This document shows, piece after piece, positions 1-9,444 of a stretch of DNA of 64,000 bases. The translations under genes were made by a program, and so were the position numbers. Numbering within the stretch: position 1 is the stretch's first letter; each line of letters opens with the position of its first letter. The stretch is from assembly GCA_050012255.1 (NCBI GenBank), contig JBEKHN010000007.1, positions 1-64,000 on the forward strand, read 5' to 3'. Source of the DNA: Candidatus Bathyarchaeia archaeon (GTDB taxonomy: Archaea > Thermoproteota > Bathyarchaeia > Bathyarchaeales > Bathycorpusculaceae). The notes below the pieces were generated by a model. That model did no database searches, was not told the origin of the DNA, and saw only the letters and a program-made list of their open reading frames with translations.

Positions 1-5
1 ATGGC

Positions 6-863
6 TTGGCCCCAGCCACGGTGTACTGCATGGTAAAGTGCATCCAATTCTTCTTCCAGCTTAACGGTGTCAAATTTAGAATGCCCTATCGAAGATCGCG
101 GTGGGGCATTTACGAAGAACGCGCACCCACGCCGGAAGAACTCCAAAAGATCATAAGCGTAGCTGATGCCCGCGGCAAGGTCATAGTCGCACTAATGGCT
201 GTCGGTGGTTTTCGAAACGGAACCCTGGTTCAGCTCAAATATCGCCACGTTAGACAAGACCTGGAAAAGGGAAGAACCTCCATTCATGTTCATGTAGAAC
301 CCGCGATAACAAAAGGGAAGCGCCATAATTACGACACCTTTCTGAACAAGGAAGCTTCAGAATACCTCAAAGCCTATTTGGATGCTCGAAGAAACGGGAC
401 CAAAAAGAGACAGCCAGAATGCCTCAACGATGAATCGCCTCTGATCAGCAACTTTTTCAAGATTAGACCATTAACTTCGCCGCAGATTGGAGATATCGTG
501 AACGCGCTCTACGTCAAGGCTGGTCTATTAACTAAGAACTCAAGAATCAAGAGATATGACCTAAGGGCACACAGCCTCCGCAAATTCTTCCTAACTCAAA
601 TGGTTTCCTTGGGCGTGGAACGCGACTACATTGAGTACATGATGGGCCACACTTTAAGCATATACCACGATGTCAAAATGAAAGGAGTCGATTTCCTGCG
701 AGCAGTCTATTTAGCATCAGGCTTTAGCATACAACCAAGAACCAAAGCCAGCAAGATAATCGACCTAATAGAAATCATCAATTCGTGGGGACTAAACCCA
801 GAAGAATTCCTGACACAAGAAGCATTAGATCAGTTCTACAGAGCTCGTGCAGCCACATCGTAG
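6..863 (+). CDS. Tyrosine recombinase/integrase (probably 5'-truncated by window edge)
   Basis: Catalytic residues R (GFRNG), HxxR (HSLRK), H (MMGH), Y (SIYHD). Confidence 0.92.
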   Translation: MAPATVYCMVKCIQFFFQLNGVKFRMPYRRSRWGIYEERAPTPEELQKIISVADARGKVIVALMAVGGFRNGTLVQLKYRHVRQDLEKGRTSIHVHVEPAITKGKRHNYDTFLNKEASEYLKAYLDARRNGTKKRQPECLNDESPLISNFFKIRPLTSPQIGDIVNALYVKAGLLTKNSRIKRYDLRAHSLRKFFLTQMVSLGVERDYIEYMMGHTLSIYHDVKMKGVDFLRAVYLASGFSIQPRTKASKIIDLIEIINSWGLNPEEFLTQEALDQFYRARAATS

Positions 864-945
864 ATCTTTGAGTTCGTCAAGCCCATGGCAAAGCCACCTA
901 AAAAGGGTTATTTGAAGAAGATGGCTTATTTGTCGTGGGGAGTTT

Positions 946-1060
946 GTGGTGAAGACGCTTAAGGTTTCGGACGAGGTTCATAGGAAGTTGACGGCGGCTC
1001 TTAGGGCTCTCATGTCTGAGACGGGCAGGATGCAGACGTATCAAGACGCGTTGGAGGCTA
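946..1060 (+). pseudogene. Truncated ribbon-helix-helix/antitoxin-like DNA-binding protein
   Basis: MVKTLKVSDEVHRKL...TYQDALEA is RHH-like; the rest of ORF 946-1254 is antisense read-through of the 1071-1607 gene. Confidence 0.5.
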
Positions 1061-1070
1061 CACAAGTCAG

Positions 1071-1607
1071 TTATCTTGCTGGAGCAGCTCGCGCGCGCTT
1101 GAAGCCGCCCGTTTGTCTTGAGAGTGGGGACAAGACTGCCAACCAAGCCGCCCAACTTACAATCAAGAATATCACCGCAAGCACCCCAACCAAGAAGCTT
1201 ACAGTCAGCGCAATCAATACTAATGCGGCAAACATGGAGAACAAGGCGATGTAGAAAATTATCCAGATTCTTCCAATACAGTTTGCCATGTTAGCTTCGT
1301 CTTCTCTGGAAAAACCTGCTCCCGTATTCTGTCCGACCATACCGAAGGTTATGGCAGAAAACATGAACAACACAAAAGCCAGCATTATTGGAATAAGCGT
1401 CAATTCTGACGCTTTCAAAGGCATTGCGAAATTAATAGACATCCAGGAAGGGGGCTGGAAGTGAAGATTGTCTCCTTGCTGAATAATCAAGATCAAACTT
1501 GTGAAACAAACGCCTGCAAGGAAAGTCGAAACTGTAGCCATTGCATCAAATCCCGCCGTTGTGGATTGGTATCTGCGGAATTCTTCCTCATGCATGACTG
1601 AACACAC
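1071..1607 (-). CDS. Hypothetical multi-pass membrane protein
   Basis: About 4 hydrophobic helices in 178 aa. Confidence 0.7.
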   Translation of the reverse strand: MCSVMHEEEFRRYQSTTAGFDAMATVSTFLAGVCFTSLILIIQQGDNLHFQPPSWMSINFAMPLKASELTLIPIMLAFVLFMFSAITFGMVGQNTGAGFSREDEANMANCIGRIWIIFYIALFSMFAALVLIALTVSFLVGVLAVIFLIVSWAAWLAVLSPLSRQTGGFKRARAAPAR

Positions 1608-1753
1608 TCAATAGCTTGGCGCGGGCGCTACTAGTCTTCTGTGCCATAAAGCCTACCAGACAATGCATAAGTTCGTAGTAGTCTCAGAAATGCTTTTTGC
1701 TGTGTGCCTTCATATGATGGGCTCAATGTTGAATAAGCCGTGAGATTGAAACG

Positions 1754-2461
1754 ATGCCCGACCAGAAAACCGAAATCTTCGTTTCTACTCTACTAGAGTG
1801 GGCTAAGAACAACCTCAGAGACTATCCTTGGAGAGTAACCAAAGATCCGTACAAAATCATGATTGCGGAGATCATGCTCCAAAGAACCAGGGCGGAGCAG
1901 GTGGTCCCTGTATACCAACGTTTCTTGCGAAAGTATCCTGACCTTATCTCACTCTCAAAGGCGCCTGTCTCGGACGTCCGACTGGCGATTCTGTCCCTCG
2001 GCCTTGAGAAGCGCGCGGAGGGAATAAAGCAGCTTGCGAATCAGATTGTGGAGCAATATCATGGCAGAATACCTCGAACCAGGGAGGAGCTTATGCGACT
2101 GCATTGGGTCGGGAACTACATAGCAAATGCTATTCTATGCTACGCCTACCGAGTGGACGTGCCCACCGTTGACGTTAATTTCGCCAGAGTCCTTGACAGA
2201 GTGTTTTCGCTAAAACCGAAGCCACCAGCACAAAAAGACAGGCGCGTGCACGAATTTGCTCAGCGCCTGATGCCGTCTGCGAAGGGTAGATGTCGAGTTT
2301 TGAACCTGGGAATTCTTGATCTTGCCAGCAAAATCTGCACCGCAAGGAAGCCGTCTTGCAGAATATGTCCTGTGAATTCTGTCTGCGATTACGGCGCGCT
2401 TGTGCTTAAGGACCTCGAGACCCAAGGCAAACCATCCGTCTCTACTTTAGGAAGAATCTGA
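1754..2461 (+). CDS. mig: Mig-type T:G/U:G mismatch DNA glycosylase (HhH-GPD, 4Fe-4S)
   Basis: RDYPWR, EIMLQRT, HhH VGNY (Tyr as in Mig.MthI, not Lys/Ser), GLE instead of MutY GYY, VDVNFAR, C-x6-C-x2-C-x5-C; no MutY C-terminal domain. Confidence 0.8.
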   Translation: MPDQKTEIFVSTLLEWAKNNLRDYPWRVTKDPYKIMIAEIMLQRTRAEQVVPVYQRFLRKYPDLISLSKAPVSDVRLAILSLGLEKRAEGIKQLANQIVEQYHGRIPRTREELMRLHWVGNYIANAILCYAYRVDVPTVDVNFARVLDRVFSLKPKPPAQKDRRVHEFAQRLMPSAKGRCRVLNLGILDLASKICTARKPSCRICPVNSVCDYGALVLKDLETQGKPSVSTLGRI

Positions 2462-3446
2462 TGTCTCCAAGGTACTTTTCTGGGCCGATTAGAATTCGAC
2501 GAACATCCAGGTACGAATCGGGATGAGTCTTGTTCCGAGATACGCCATAAACGCACTTCAACAATCTCTTTACCTTCTGCTCGGAATAGAAATACCACCC
2601 GTTAATCGTGCAGATCTCCCGATTTGCCGCAACGGAAACTTTTGCCAGCTCGCCCTTCGTTTGTTTGATTTGTGCCTCTATGTCTTGACTTTCTTGCCTG
2701 CATTCGACTGCGCCCCTGCACTCCTTGCTCGTATACCTTTCATACCGCGACTTCTTCCGCCCTAACCTATCGGTTAACCACAACAGTCTTCTTTCGAGTT
2801 TCTCCTTTTCAAGCGCTATGACCGTTTTTAGAGGACAGAGCACGTGCAGGCCTTCTGGAAGCTCTCCGCGTCTTCCCAGAACTCGTTCTATGTCATGCGG
2901 TAAACCTGCTGTAGTGAACTGATAGAGCCAGATACGGTAGTCGCGCCCTCCAAATCGAAGCAGGACATCCGTGTGCTGGGGGATGTCTTCTTCGGGCTTC
3001 ACCGTGATGCTGAAATCCTTTCTGGACAAGCCCGAAGCCCTGATGAACCGTTCCAGATTCTCTCCAAAATCACGTTCTCGCAATAAAGACGGAAAGGTTC
3101 TAAGTCCTCTGGCCATGACTCCCTCGAAATGTTCGGTGGATGCCGTCTTGAAGTCGAAATTCAGAGCAAGCTTTTGAAGAAAGAGACACGGAAGTTTTTC
3201 TGGGCTCCTAGAAGCCTCATTAAAAGCTCTTGAATAACTTATGTTGATGCCCTTCAGGAACTGTTCTTCGGCAGATCTTTTCAGCCCAGTTACAGACTCG
3301 CCAGTGATGTTCTGATTCAGCAGGTGGGATTTCCTCAGAGCGCTACGTATTCTCCTTTTAATTTCGGACTGGCCTCGGACCGTAGATAATTGCCTTCCCC
3401 ATGTGATTCCAGCCCATGAATCTGTCAATTCTCTTGTCTTTGTCAC
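2442..3446 (-). CDS. TaqI-fold endonuclease-like protein with coiled-coil insert
   Basis: ARGLRTFPSLLRE, EDIPQHTDVLL and INGWYFYSE resemble recalled TaqI motifs (EARLYRT, ELDAQGIDAL, ENGFVIFRE). Confidence 0.55.
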   Translation of the reverse strand: MTKTRELTDSWAGITWGRQLSTVRGQSEIKRRIRSALRKSHLLNQNITGESVTGLKRSAEEQFLKGINISYSRAFNEASRSPEKLPCLFLQKLALNFDFKTASTEHFEGVMARGLRTFPSLLRERDFGENLERFIRASGLSRKDFSITVKPEEDIPQHTDVLLRFGGRDYRIWLYQFTTAGLPHDIERVLGRRGELPEGLHVLCPLKTVIALEKEKLERRLLWLTDRLGRKKSRYERYTSKECRGAVECRQESQDIEAQIKQTKGELAKVSVAANREICTINGWYFYSEQKVKRLLKCVYGVSRNKTHPDSYLDVRRILIGPEKYLGDIRFFLK

Positions 3447-3459
3447 CAGCAGCCACCGT

Positions 3460-4056
3460 CTATTTCTTCAATCGTTTCTCCATCTCGCCGACCAGGTCCT
3501 CAACGTCTTTTTCAGAATAAAGGTAGAAATCGCCTACCTTCTTCGTTGATCGACCGCCCAAGTCCAACACGATGTCAATATGTATCCCATGGAACTTGTG
3601 CCTCCTGCTTTTGATTCTTCTTCCGAACCTTCCCCTGCTTGTGCCAACGTAGCCGTGGACATAGAATGTCGTTCCTCTGTACTGGAGAGTGTGATCCACT
3701 CCTCCTGCAATATCAGTATCCTGGCTATAGGACGCCTCCAGTCCCTTTTCCTTTAACAGCGCATTAAGGTGAACATCCCTCACAAACGAGGGATAGGTTC
3801 GTCTCAACCTTGCCTCCAATCCCGTTTTCAGGCTCTGGCTGGAAAGGACCGAACTTAATTCGGCCGCGTTATCCTCGAAATATCTTTCAACAAAATCTTC
3901 CTGGGATGGTATCGTCCCCTTTTCTCGGATGAATCTGTTGAAGGTTTCGACGAACATCGGAAACTTGATTTCCCATTCTACTCTCTCATCTCTCACATCG
4001 AGGAACTTGAGCTTGTAATTTTCTATTTGTTCTTCTATTTCTTTTGAAGTCTGCAT
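3460..4056 (-). CDS. TaqI-fold endonuclease-like protein (start MQTSK)
   Basis: GLEARLRRTYPSFVRDVHL and DTDIAGGVDH resemble the TaqI core; the longer ORF overlaps the upstream gene, so ATG 4056 was chosen. Confidence 0.6.
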   Translation of the reverse strand: MQTSKEIEEQIENYKLKFLDVRDERVEWEIKFPMFVETFNRFIREKGTIPSQEDFVERYFEDNAAELSSVLSSQSLKTGLEARLRRTYPSFVRDVHLNALLKEKGLEASYSQDTDIAGGVDHTLQYRGTTFYVHGYVGTSRGRFGRRIKSRRHKFHGIHIDIVLDLGGRSTKKVGDFYLYSEKDVEDLVGEMEKRLKK

Positions 4057-4070
4057 CTGCGCGTCCTCTG

Positions 4071-4790
4071 CTACCCTTTCCGAATATGGAGGGAACCGCG
4101 GTAGTCGCCATCGATGTGTTTTACCCAGGGCTCTATTAGGGCCTTCTTGGTGGCAGAAATGTTGGGGTAGTTTATCGGCATGCCCTTCTCGGATCGGATG
4201 CTGAAAACCATCTTCGGCCACATTGAATCAAACGCCGACCTTTTGTCCAAAATCCTCCATGTGCTGGGAATGAGAGGATCTGTGAATTCAAGAATGCACT
4301 CCGCAGGATATGGTGAATCATGTGCTCCAGTGCCTTCGAAAAGGAAATAATTGATCAGGGGCCTCAGATACTCCCTTCTCTGCACACTACTTCCGAACGG
4401 ACAATACGCGCTCGAGGAAGGAACATCTTCGCCTATCTTTCCATCGATGCGTAGTCTCCAATATTCTGAAACCATTTCGTCCAGCGGGTCTATGCTCAAG
4501 CCTACGACGTTGCACACGCGGAGCCATTTTTCCCTGGTCGTGTGATTTACGATGGCTGGAGGTGCGGCGCGGGTGCTTTTGACCGAATATCCCTTTCCGT
4601 TGATCATCACGTCCCTTTTGGCAGATGTGGGTGCTTTCAAGATCCGACTTCTTTGAATGCCAGCCTGATATTCGATGCCATCGTACGAGGCAACGCTAGT
4701 TATATCTCCCAACGGTTCCACGTACTTGCCCTTCAGAGATACCAGATTCTCTATCAATCTGGGTTCATCTTGTTCTCCGACGTTTACCAA
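4071..4790 (-). CDS. Putative Type II restriction endonuclease (PD-(D/E)xK-like)
   Basis: GEQDE...AKRDVMINGKGYSVKS catalytic-like motif; divergent from the C5 MTase. Confidence 0.6.
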   Translation of the reverse strand: MVNVGEQDEPRLIENLVSLKGKYVEPLGDITSVASYDGIEYQAGIQRSRILKAPTSAKRDVMINGKGYSVKSTRAAPPAIVNHTTREKWLRVCNVVGLSIDPLDEMVSEYWRLRIDGKIGEDVPSSSAYCPFGSSVQRREYLRPLINYFLFEGTGAHDSPYPAECILEFTDPLIPSTWRILDKRSAFDSMWPKMVFSIRSEKGMPINYPNISATKKALIEPWVKHIDGDYRGSLHIRKG

Positions 4791-4846
4791 AGAGACACCC
4801 AGTTGTTCTATGTGCTCTGTACCCTAAAAGAGTTACAGAAAATTGC

Positions 4847-5941
4847 GTGACCAAAACGTTAAGTATCGTCAAATCTCGTATACTAACCGATCTTAACTCG
4901 GTGGGAAACCTGCTGAAAGAGCAAAACTATCGCGCCGTCGACTTATTCGCGGGCATCGGCGGAATACGATTAGGATTCCAACAGGCATGTAGAGAAAGGA
5001 TAGAGTTCGTCTACTCAAATGACATAGACAAACGCTGCTGCGAAACATACAGAGCGAATTTCGGAGACATCGACGAACGAGACATAAACGACGTAATCAA
5101 AGATATGTCCCGCTTTCCTGAACATGATATTCTGCTCGCCGGGTTTCCATGCCAGCCCTTTTCCATAGCTGGGGAGAAGAAGGGATTTGGGGACAAGACC
5201 CGGGGCACGCTGTTTTACGCAATAGCCACCATCCTGAGCGCTAAGAAACCCGAAGCCTTCCTTCTGGAGAACGTCGAACACTTCAAGCATCACAACAAAG
5301 GCGAAACTTGGAAGGTAGTCAAGGACGTTCTTCAGAATGACCTTGACTATGCCGTCCACGATGACGTCCTAAACGCAAAGCGTTTTGGTCTTCCACAAAA
5401 CCGTCCGCGGTTCTTCATCGTGGGCTTCAAAGACAAGGGCGTGGTATTTGATATGCCAAAGGGCAGCTCGAACATCGTAACACTAGCAACGATTCTTGAG
5501 AAGAATGTCGCGGAAAAATACTACATCGGGCAGCAGTACCTGAACAGTCTGAAGGAGCACAGGAGGAGGCATGAGGCCCTCGGACACGGCTTCGGCTACA
5601 GAGTACTGAATCCCGAGAAAGACATCGCAGGTACCCTGGTCGCTGGAGGAATGGGGAAGGAAAGAAACCTCATCAAGAACGCCCCACTGCCAAACTGCTG
5701 GAAGAAAGGAGACGACCCGCTAAAGAAAAAGAACGACGAGGGCGTTAGAAAACTCACGCCTCGCGAGTGCGCAAGACTTCAAGGATTTGATGATTCTTTC
5801 AAGATACCGGTTTCGGACACGCAAGCCTATAGGCAGTTTGCAAATTCCGTCCCTGTTCCGGTGATAAAGTCGATCGCGAATAACATGCTAGCTGCAATAG
5901 AGGGAAGGATCAGACAGGCGTCAATTTCCGTTTACGCGTGA
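4847..5941 (+). CDS. dcm: DNA cytosine-5 methyltransferase, M.HpaII-like (predicted CCGG)
   Basis: Motifs DLFAGIGG, GFPCQPFS, ENV, PQNRPR, RLQGF, QFANSV; TRD HEALGHGFGY...GGMGKERNLI matches recalled M.HpaII. Confidence 0.93.
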   Translation: MTKTLSIVKSRILTDLNSVGNLLKEQNYRAVDLFAGIGGIRLGFQQACRERIEFVYSNDIDKRCCETYRANFGDIDERDINDVIKDMSRFPEHDILLAGFPCQPFSIAGEKKGFGDKTRGTLFYAIATILSAKKPEAFLLENVEHFKHHNKGETWKVVKDVLQNDLDYAVHDDVLNAKRFGLPQNRPRFFIVGFKDKGVVFDMPKGSSNIVTLATILEKNVAEKYYIGQQYLNSLKEHRRRHEALGHGFGYRVLNPEKDIAGTLVAGGMGKERNLIKNAPLPNCWKKGDDPLKKKNDEGVRKLTPRECARLQGFDDSFKIPVSDTQAYRQFANSVPVPVIKSIANNMLAAIEGRIRQASISVYA

Positions 5942-6012
5942 GTTTTCAGCCCGCGCTATTTCTGCTTATTGAGTCTTTGGTTTGGCGGGTACTGTCCACT
6001 TAATCGGGATAA

Positions 6013-6729
6013 TCACTGAGGCGCAGTTGTCAGGGGTTTGCCTGTGCGGAAGTAATACAAAGCAAAGAGTATGACCAAAGTGCTAGGTCCCACGCTTGCA
6101 GCAACATATCCAATACTATCTCTGTATTCTAGATTGAATGCGACACGAAACAGAAGCATTATCACACCTGCTGTGAGAAAGGCTGCAATTTGAACAACCA
6201 ATAGAAGTGCAACTAACCCAAGAGCGTTGGAATAACGCAATTTGTCATAAATTTTTCTCAAGAAGCCGCGCTTCGCTCTAGAACCTACATTGACTTGAAA
6301 TGCTTGCTCGACTGTTTGTTCTATTCTTTCCTCTATCCATGTTTCATAAGAAGCAAAGATTACACTCTTTGGTGTCAGAACAGAATATTGATTGTTCAAG
6401 ACGGCATAGTAGAATCCGCTAGAAGGTGGTCTGAAGCTCACTTCGCCGAAGATAAGTCTTGGAGCAATAATGAAGGCAACGTTGGGAGCATTTGTTACCC
6501 ATTTTTGGAAATTAGCATCATCGGCAACAAAGAAGTTTATGTCGAAATCTTGTCTTCCTGCTGGTTGAAGAACAGAAAGAGTGAAGAAGACGACTTGTTC
6601 TTTTTTTCCTTCAGTCGCGATATTGAAACGGAAAAATCTGTAGCCGCCCTTACTCGCAGGTACTAAAACTGTACTAGAGGGTATTACCTCTCTTCTTTTT
6701 AACTCCACAGTTTTCCTAGGTTGGCTCAT
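6013..6729 (-). CDS. Membrane-anchored beta-sandwich (GOLD/emp24-like) protein
   Basis: DINFFV...SGFYYAVLNNQYSVLTPKSV pattern plus two C-terminal TM helices. Confidence 0.55.
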   Translation of the reverse strand: MSQPRKTVELKRREVIPSSTVLVPASKGGYRFFRFNIATEGKKEQVVFFTLSVLQPAGRQDFDINFFVADDANFQKWVTNAPNVAFIIAPRLIFGEVSFRPPSSGFYYAVLNNQYSVLTPKSVIFASYETWIEERIEQTVEQAFQVNVGSRAKRGFLRKIYDKLRYSNALGLVALLLVVQIAAFLTAGVIMLLFRVAFNLEYRDSIGYVAASVGPSTLVILFALYYFRTGKPLTTAPQ

Positions 6730-6940
6730 ATATAATGGAATGATATTTAGCCCTTATATTGCTTTGTTTCCATGCAAATGCCACCATGATTAAGTAACAG
6801 TATCGTTTTGGCGCAAGCTTCTTTTTCCTTTGTGTGAGTTATCGTCCACTTTAACTCTACTCTCTGTGCTGTTCGCAGATGTCGTTGTATCGTCATCTTT
6901 TTAATCATTCTAATTGAAGACAAAAAAGGAGAGATGAGCT

Positions 6941-7177
6941 ATGCATCGTAAAAAACTGGCTTTCTTTCAGATGGTCGACGACAGGAGGCATGATGATGAC
7001 ATGTTTGTTGACTTGGCGATCTACGATGTTCCAGCAGGCCTGCTCAGAGAGTTCGGCGAGAAAGTAGTTCATTCCAGCTACCCAAGCGGAGTCAACGAAG
7101 CAATCAAGGACCTACTGCGAAAAGCCATAATAGACCAAGATTCAAGACGCAATGAAGCACATGTTCCAGCCATGTAG
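6941..7177 (+). CDS. Small hypothetical DNA-binding (RHH-like) protein
   Basis: SD GGAGA; YPSGVNEAIKDLLRKAI resembles RHH helix 2. Confidence 0.5.
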   Translation: MHRKKLAFFQMVDDRRHDDDMFVDLAIYDVPAGLLREFGEKVVHSSYPSGVNEAIKDLLRKAIIDQDSRRNEAHVPAM

Positions 7178-7204
7178 AGTAAGACTTAGGAGCTTCTGCA
7201 TAAA

Positions 7205-7489
7205 TTGGTTCGAATCCAGCGCAGAGTCTCAAAGAGACATTACCTGAGGGCGAAACGCACCTACGAGTATGGACGCATGTCTCTAGACATACCCAAGAAG
7301 TTCCATGAGGTCCTCAAGCCATTTCTAGAGAAGGAACTCAATGTTGACGTTAAGCTGGAAAACGATGTTGCGGTCATCTCTTTGTCCCCCGTGAAAACGT
7401 TTCGGCATGCCGAAAACACCCCCGACAAAACACGCTCAGAAATCAGTTATGACGTGCTCTGGCAACATCAAGCCTCAGATTTTGTTTAA
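7205..7489 (+). CDS. Small basic AbrB-like protein
   Basis: YEYGRMSLDIPKKFHEVLKPF...VDVKLENDVAVI. Confidence 0.5.
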   Translation: MVRIQRRVSKRHYLRAKRTYEYGRMSLDIPKKFHEVLKPFLEKELNVDVKLENDVAVISLSPVKTFRHAENTPDKTRSEISYDVLWQHQASDFV

Positions 7490-7536
7490 ATATCTGCCTG
7501 CAGAAACGTCTTCTAGCGTGCTCGAACAAGCTGTGT

Positions 7537-9444
7537 TCAGGAAGCATTGGGCATGGTTCTGATCCAGTATAGGTAGATTCCTTCTGAAGAGAAGATTCTG
7601 CCTATCAAATCTGGCGTTACTGTTTTGACCTTGACGAAGGGCTGCTGGACAAACTCGGTAAGATAGCTCAACAAAATTCTCCTGTCCTCTTCACTCAAGT
7701 GACTGAAGAAGTCACTACAGTAAGCTTTGGATCTGGCTAGCTTTGAATCGAAGCCGTGCTCGTCCAGGAACGCCTGAATCTTCTTGTCAGCAGCGTTTCC
7801 ACCCCTTCTATAATCGACTCTGAGCATGCCCGCCTTTTCAAAGAAAGGATTGTATCTCGCCATAACCGCTAAAACCTCAACAACTCTTGTGTTAGTCTTT
7901 GAGAGGGTTTCTTTCACCAGAAGCTCACCTAGCCCAATTGCTCTGAACTTTGGGTGGATGATAACGCGGCTTATTCTCGCGATCTCCTCATTAACCAAAC
8001 GAGCCTTATGCAAATCGCCAGGCGTGAAAACATATCGTTCTCCAAACACCATGTTCCTAGGCTTCAAGTTAAGAAAAGAATGCGAATACACAATAACCCC
8101 GATGAGACTGTCACCGTAAAGAAGCTTGTAGCAGTCTTTCATCCTGAGACTTGCAGACTCTTTTTCGTTCTTGCTCCTGTAGTGGAAACGCTTCAGCTTC
8201 TCGTAATCTTCAAGACTACCCTTCTCTACGCGCATGTTCTTCAAGATGCTACACTTCTTAGGCCCGACTGCGTTTCTGACAACGTCAATCTCGTCTTCAA
8301 AGCCCTTCCTAACCACAACGTCAGGCTGAAAATCGTCAATCAAATCCTCATGCGTAGTCGCCACAACAACAGTCTTTCCCAGCCTCCTTGCAACTTTCTG
8401 AAACAGGAAAGCAACAACCCTTGCCATAACACGGTCAAGCGAAGCACAAAACTCATCAACCAGCCAAACAGTCTTTTCTCCACAATTCACCAGTTTTGCC
8501 AGCTTGTAACGGTATTTCTGCCCATCACTAAGCTCCTTAAACCTTCGCAGAAAAAGAAAAGCATCATTCAAACCGCACAAACTCAGAATTTCAATGGCTT
8601 CCTTCACATCCTTGCCCACGCCTTCCACCAGCGTTTCTTCAGGATCAACCTGCAAATCAGAAAGCTCAACCGCCTCATCTCCAAAATAGTTCTTGAAAAC
8701 CTTAAGAAGCAAAGTCTTCCCCCCGCCAGAATCCCCAGTAACATAAACCAGGTCGCCCCGTCGAAACACGAGAGAAAAATCGTCGAAAACCACGAACCGC
8801 TTAGCCTCATCCACCCCAAGCCCAAACGCCTCACAAACTGCCAAAGTCCGCTCGGTAACCTCGGCCTTCGTGGAAAACTCGACATGACATTTCAGCGTTA
8901 AAGGCTCTCCAGAACGCGCTCGCTCCAGTTCATCAAGCTTATTGCTTTCCACTCTTGAACTGAATTTCCCTGCTAAAGCCTTCAAGTCCTCATCGCTGTA
9001 AACCGCAGGCTCCCTAAGCTTCAACAGGTTATCAATGCGCAAATCTGTCTCATTCAACAAAGCCTTCAGCAAATCACGCTTATCCCCAGAAACGATGCGG
9101 TAGTATTCTTCAGCGTCCATGAACAGATCGTGCTCGCCCCTGAGCTTGTTCATCACCTGCCTTATCAAGCGCCGATCCACCTCGTCAACAGGCAGCCGAA
9201 CAACGCTGACCTGCTTCAGTCCCAACTCTTTCGCTGCCTTAAGCCTGTGTTCACCATCAGCCACCAGCAAGTCTCTATTCGTAATAACAGGAACCACAAA
9301 CCCGTAACGCTGAATACTCTTCTTCAAAGCCTCAAAACGCCTAGAACCCATGCGATTAGGATTTTCACCATCCACCCTCAACATTTCAACGGATACAAGC
9401 TCCGCAGGAGGAACCCTAACTTCCAACTCAGCCACTGTCCTCAT
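7537..9444 (-). CDS. ParB/Srx - ABC-type ATPase - GNAT acetyltransferase fusion (COG2401-like)
   Basis: ParB NPN...DGEHRL; Walker A GDSGGGKT, LSDGQ, WLVDE, TTH; GNAT ISRVIIHPKFRAIGLG, NPFFEKAG; start MRTVAE chosen. Confidence 0.85.
   Translation of the reverse strand: MRTVAELEVRVPPAELVSVEMLRVDGENPNRMGSRRFEALKKSIQRYGFVVPVITNRDLLVADGEHRLKAAKELGLKQVSVVRLPVDEVDRRLIRQVMNKLRGEHDLFMDAEEYYRIVSGDKRDLLKALLNETDLRIDNLLKLREPAVYSDEDLKALAGKFSSRVESNKLDELERARSGEPLTLKCHVEFSTKAEVTERTLAVCEAFGLGVDEAKRFVVFDDFSLVFRRGDLVYVTGDSGGGKTLLLKVFKNYFGDEAVELSDLQVDPEETLVEGVGKDVKEAIEILSLCGLNDAFLFLRRFKELSDGQKYRYKLAKLVNCGEKTVWLVDEFCASLDRVMARVVAFLFQKVARRLGKTVVVATTHEDLIDDFQPDVVVRKGFEDEIDVVRNAVGPKKCSILKNMRVEKGSLEDYEKLKRFHYRSKNEKESASLRMKDCYKLLYGDSLIGVIVYSHSFLNLKPRNMVFGERYVFTPGDLHKARLVNEEIARISRVIIHPKFRAIGLGELLVKETLSKTNTRVVEVLAVMARYNPFFEKAGMLRVDYRRGGNAADKKIQAFLDEHGFDSKLARSKAYCSDFFSHLSEEDRRILLSYLTEFVQQPFVKVKTVTPDLIGRIFSSEGIYLYWIRTMPNAS

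Noticed and set aside
1754-2461. MutY or endonuclease III call
   Set aside because: Lacks the MutY GYY motif and C-terminal domain and the EndoIII catalytic Lys; Tyr at that site and the C5 MTase context favour Mig
7954-8901. 315-aa plus-strand ORF, and similar long antisense ORFs such as 39091-39873 and 54093-54800
   Set aside because: Shadows of well-supported opposite-strand genes with no motifs
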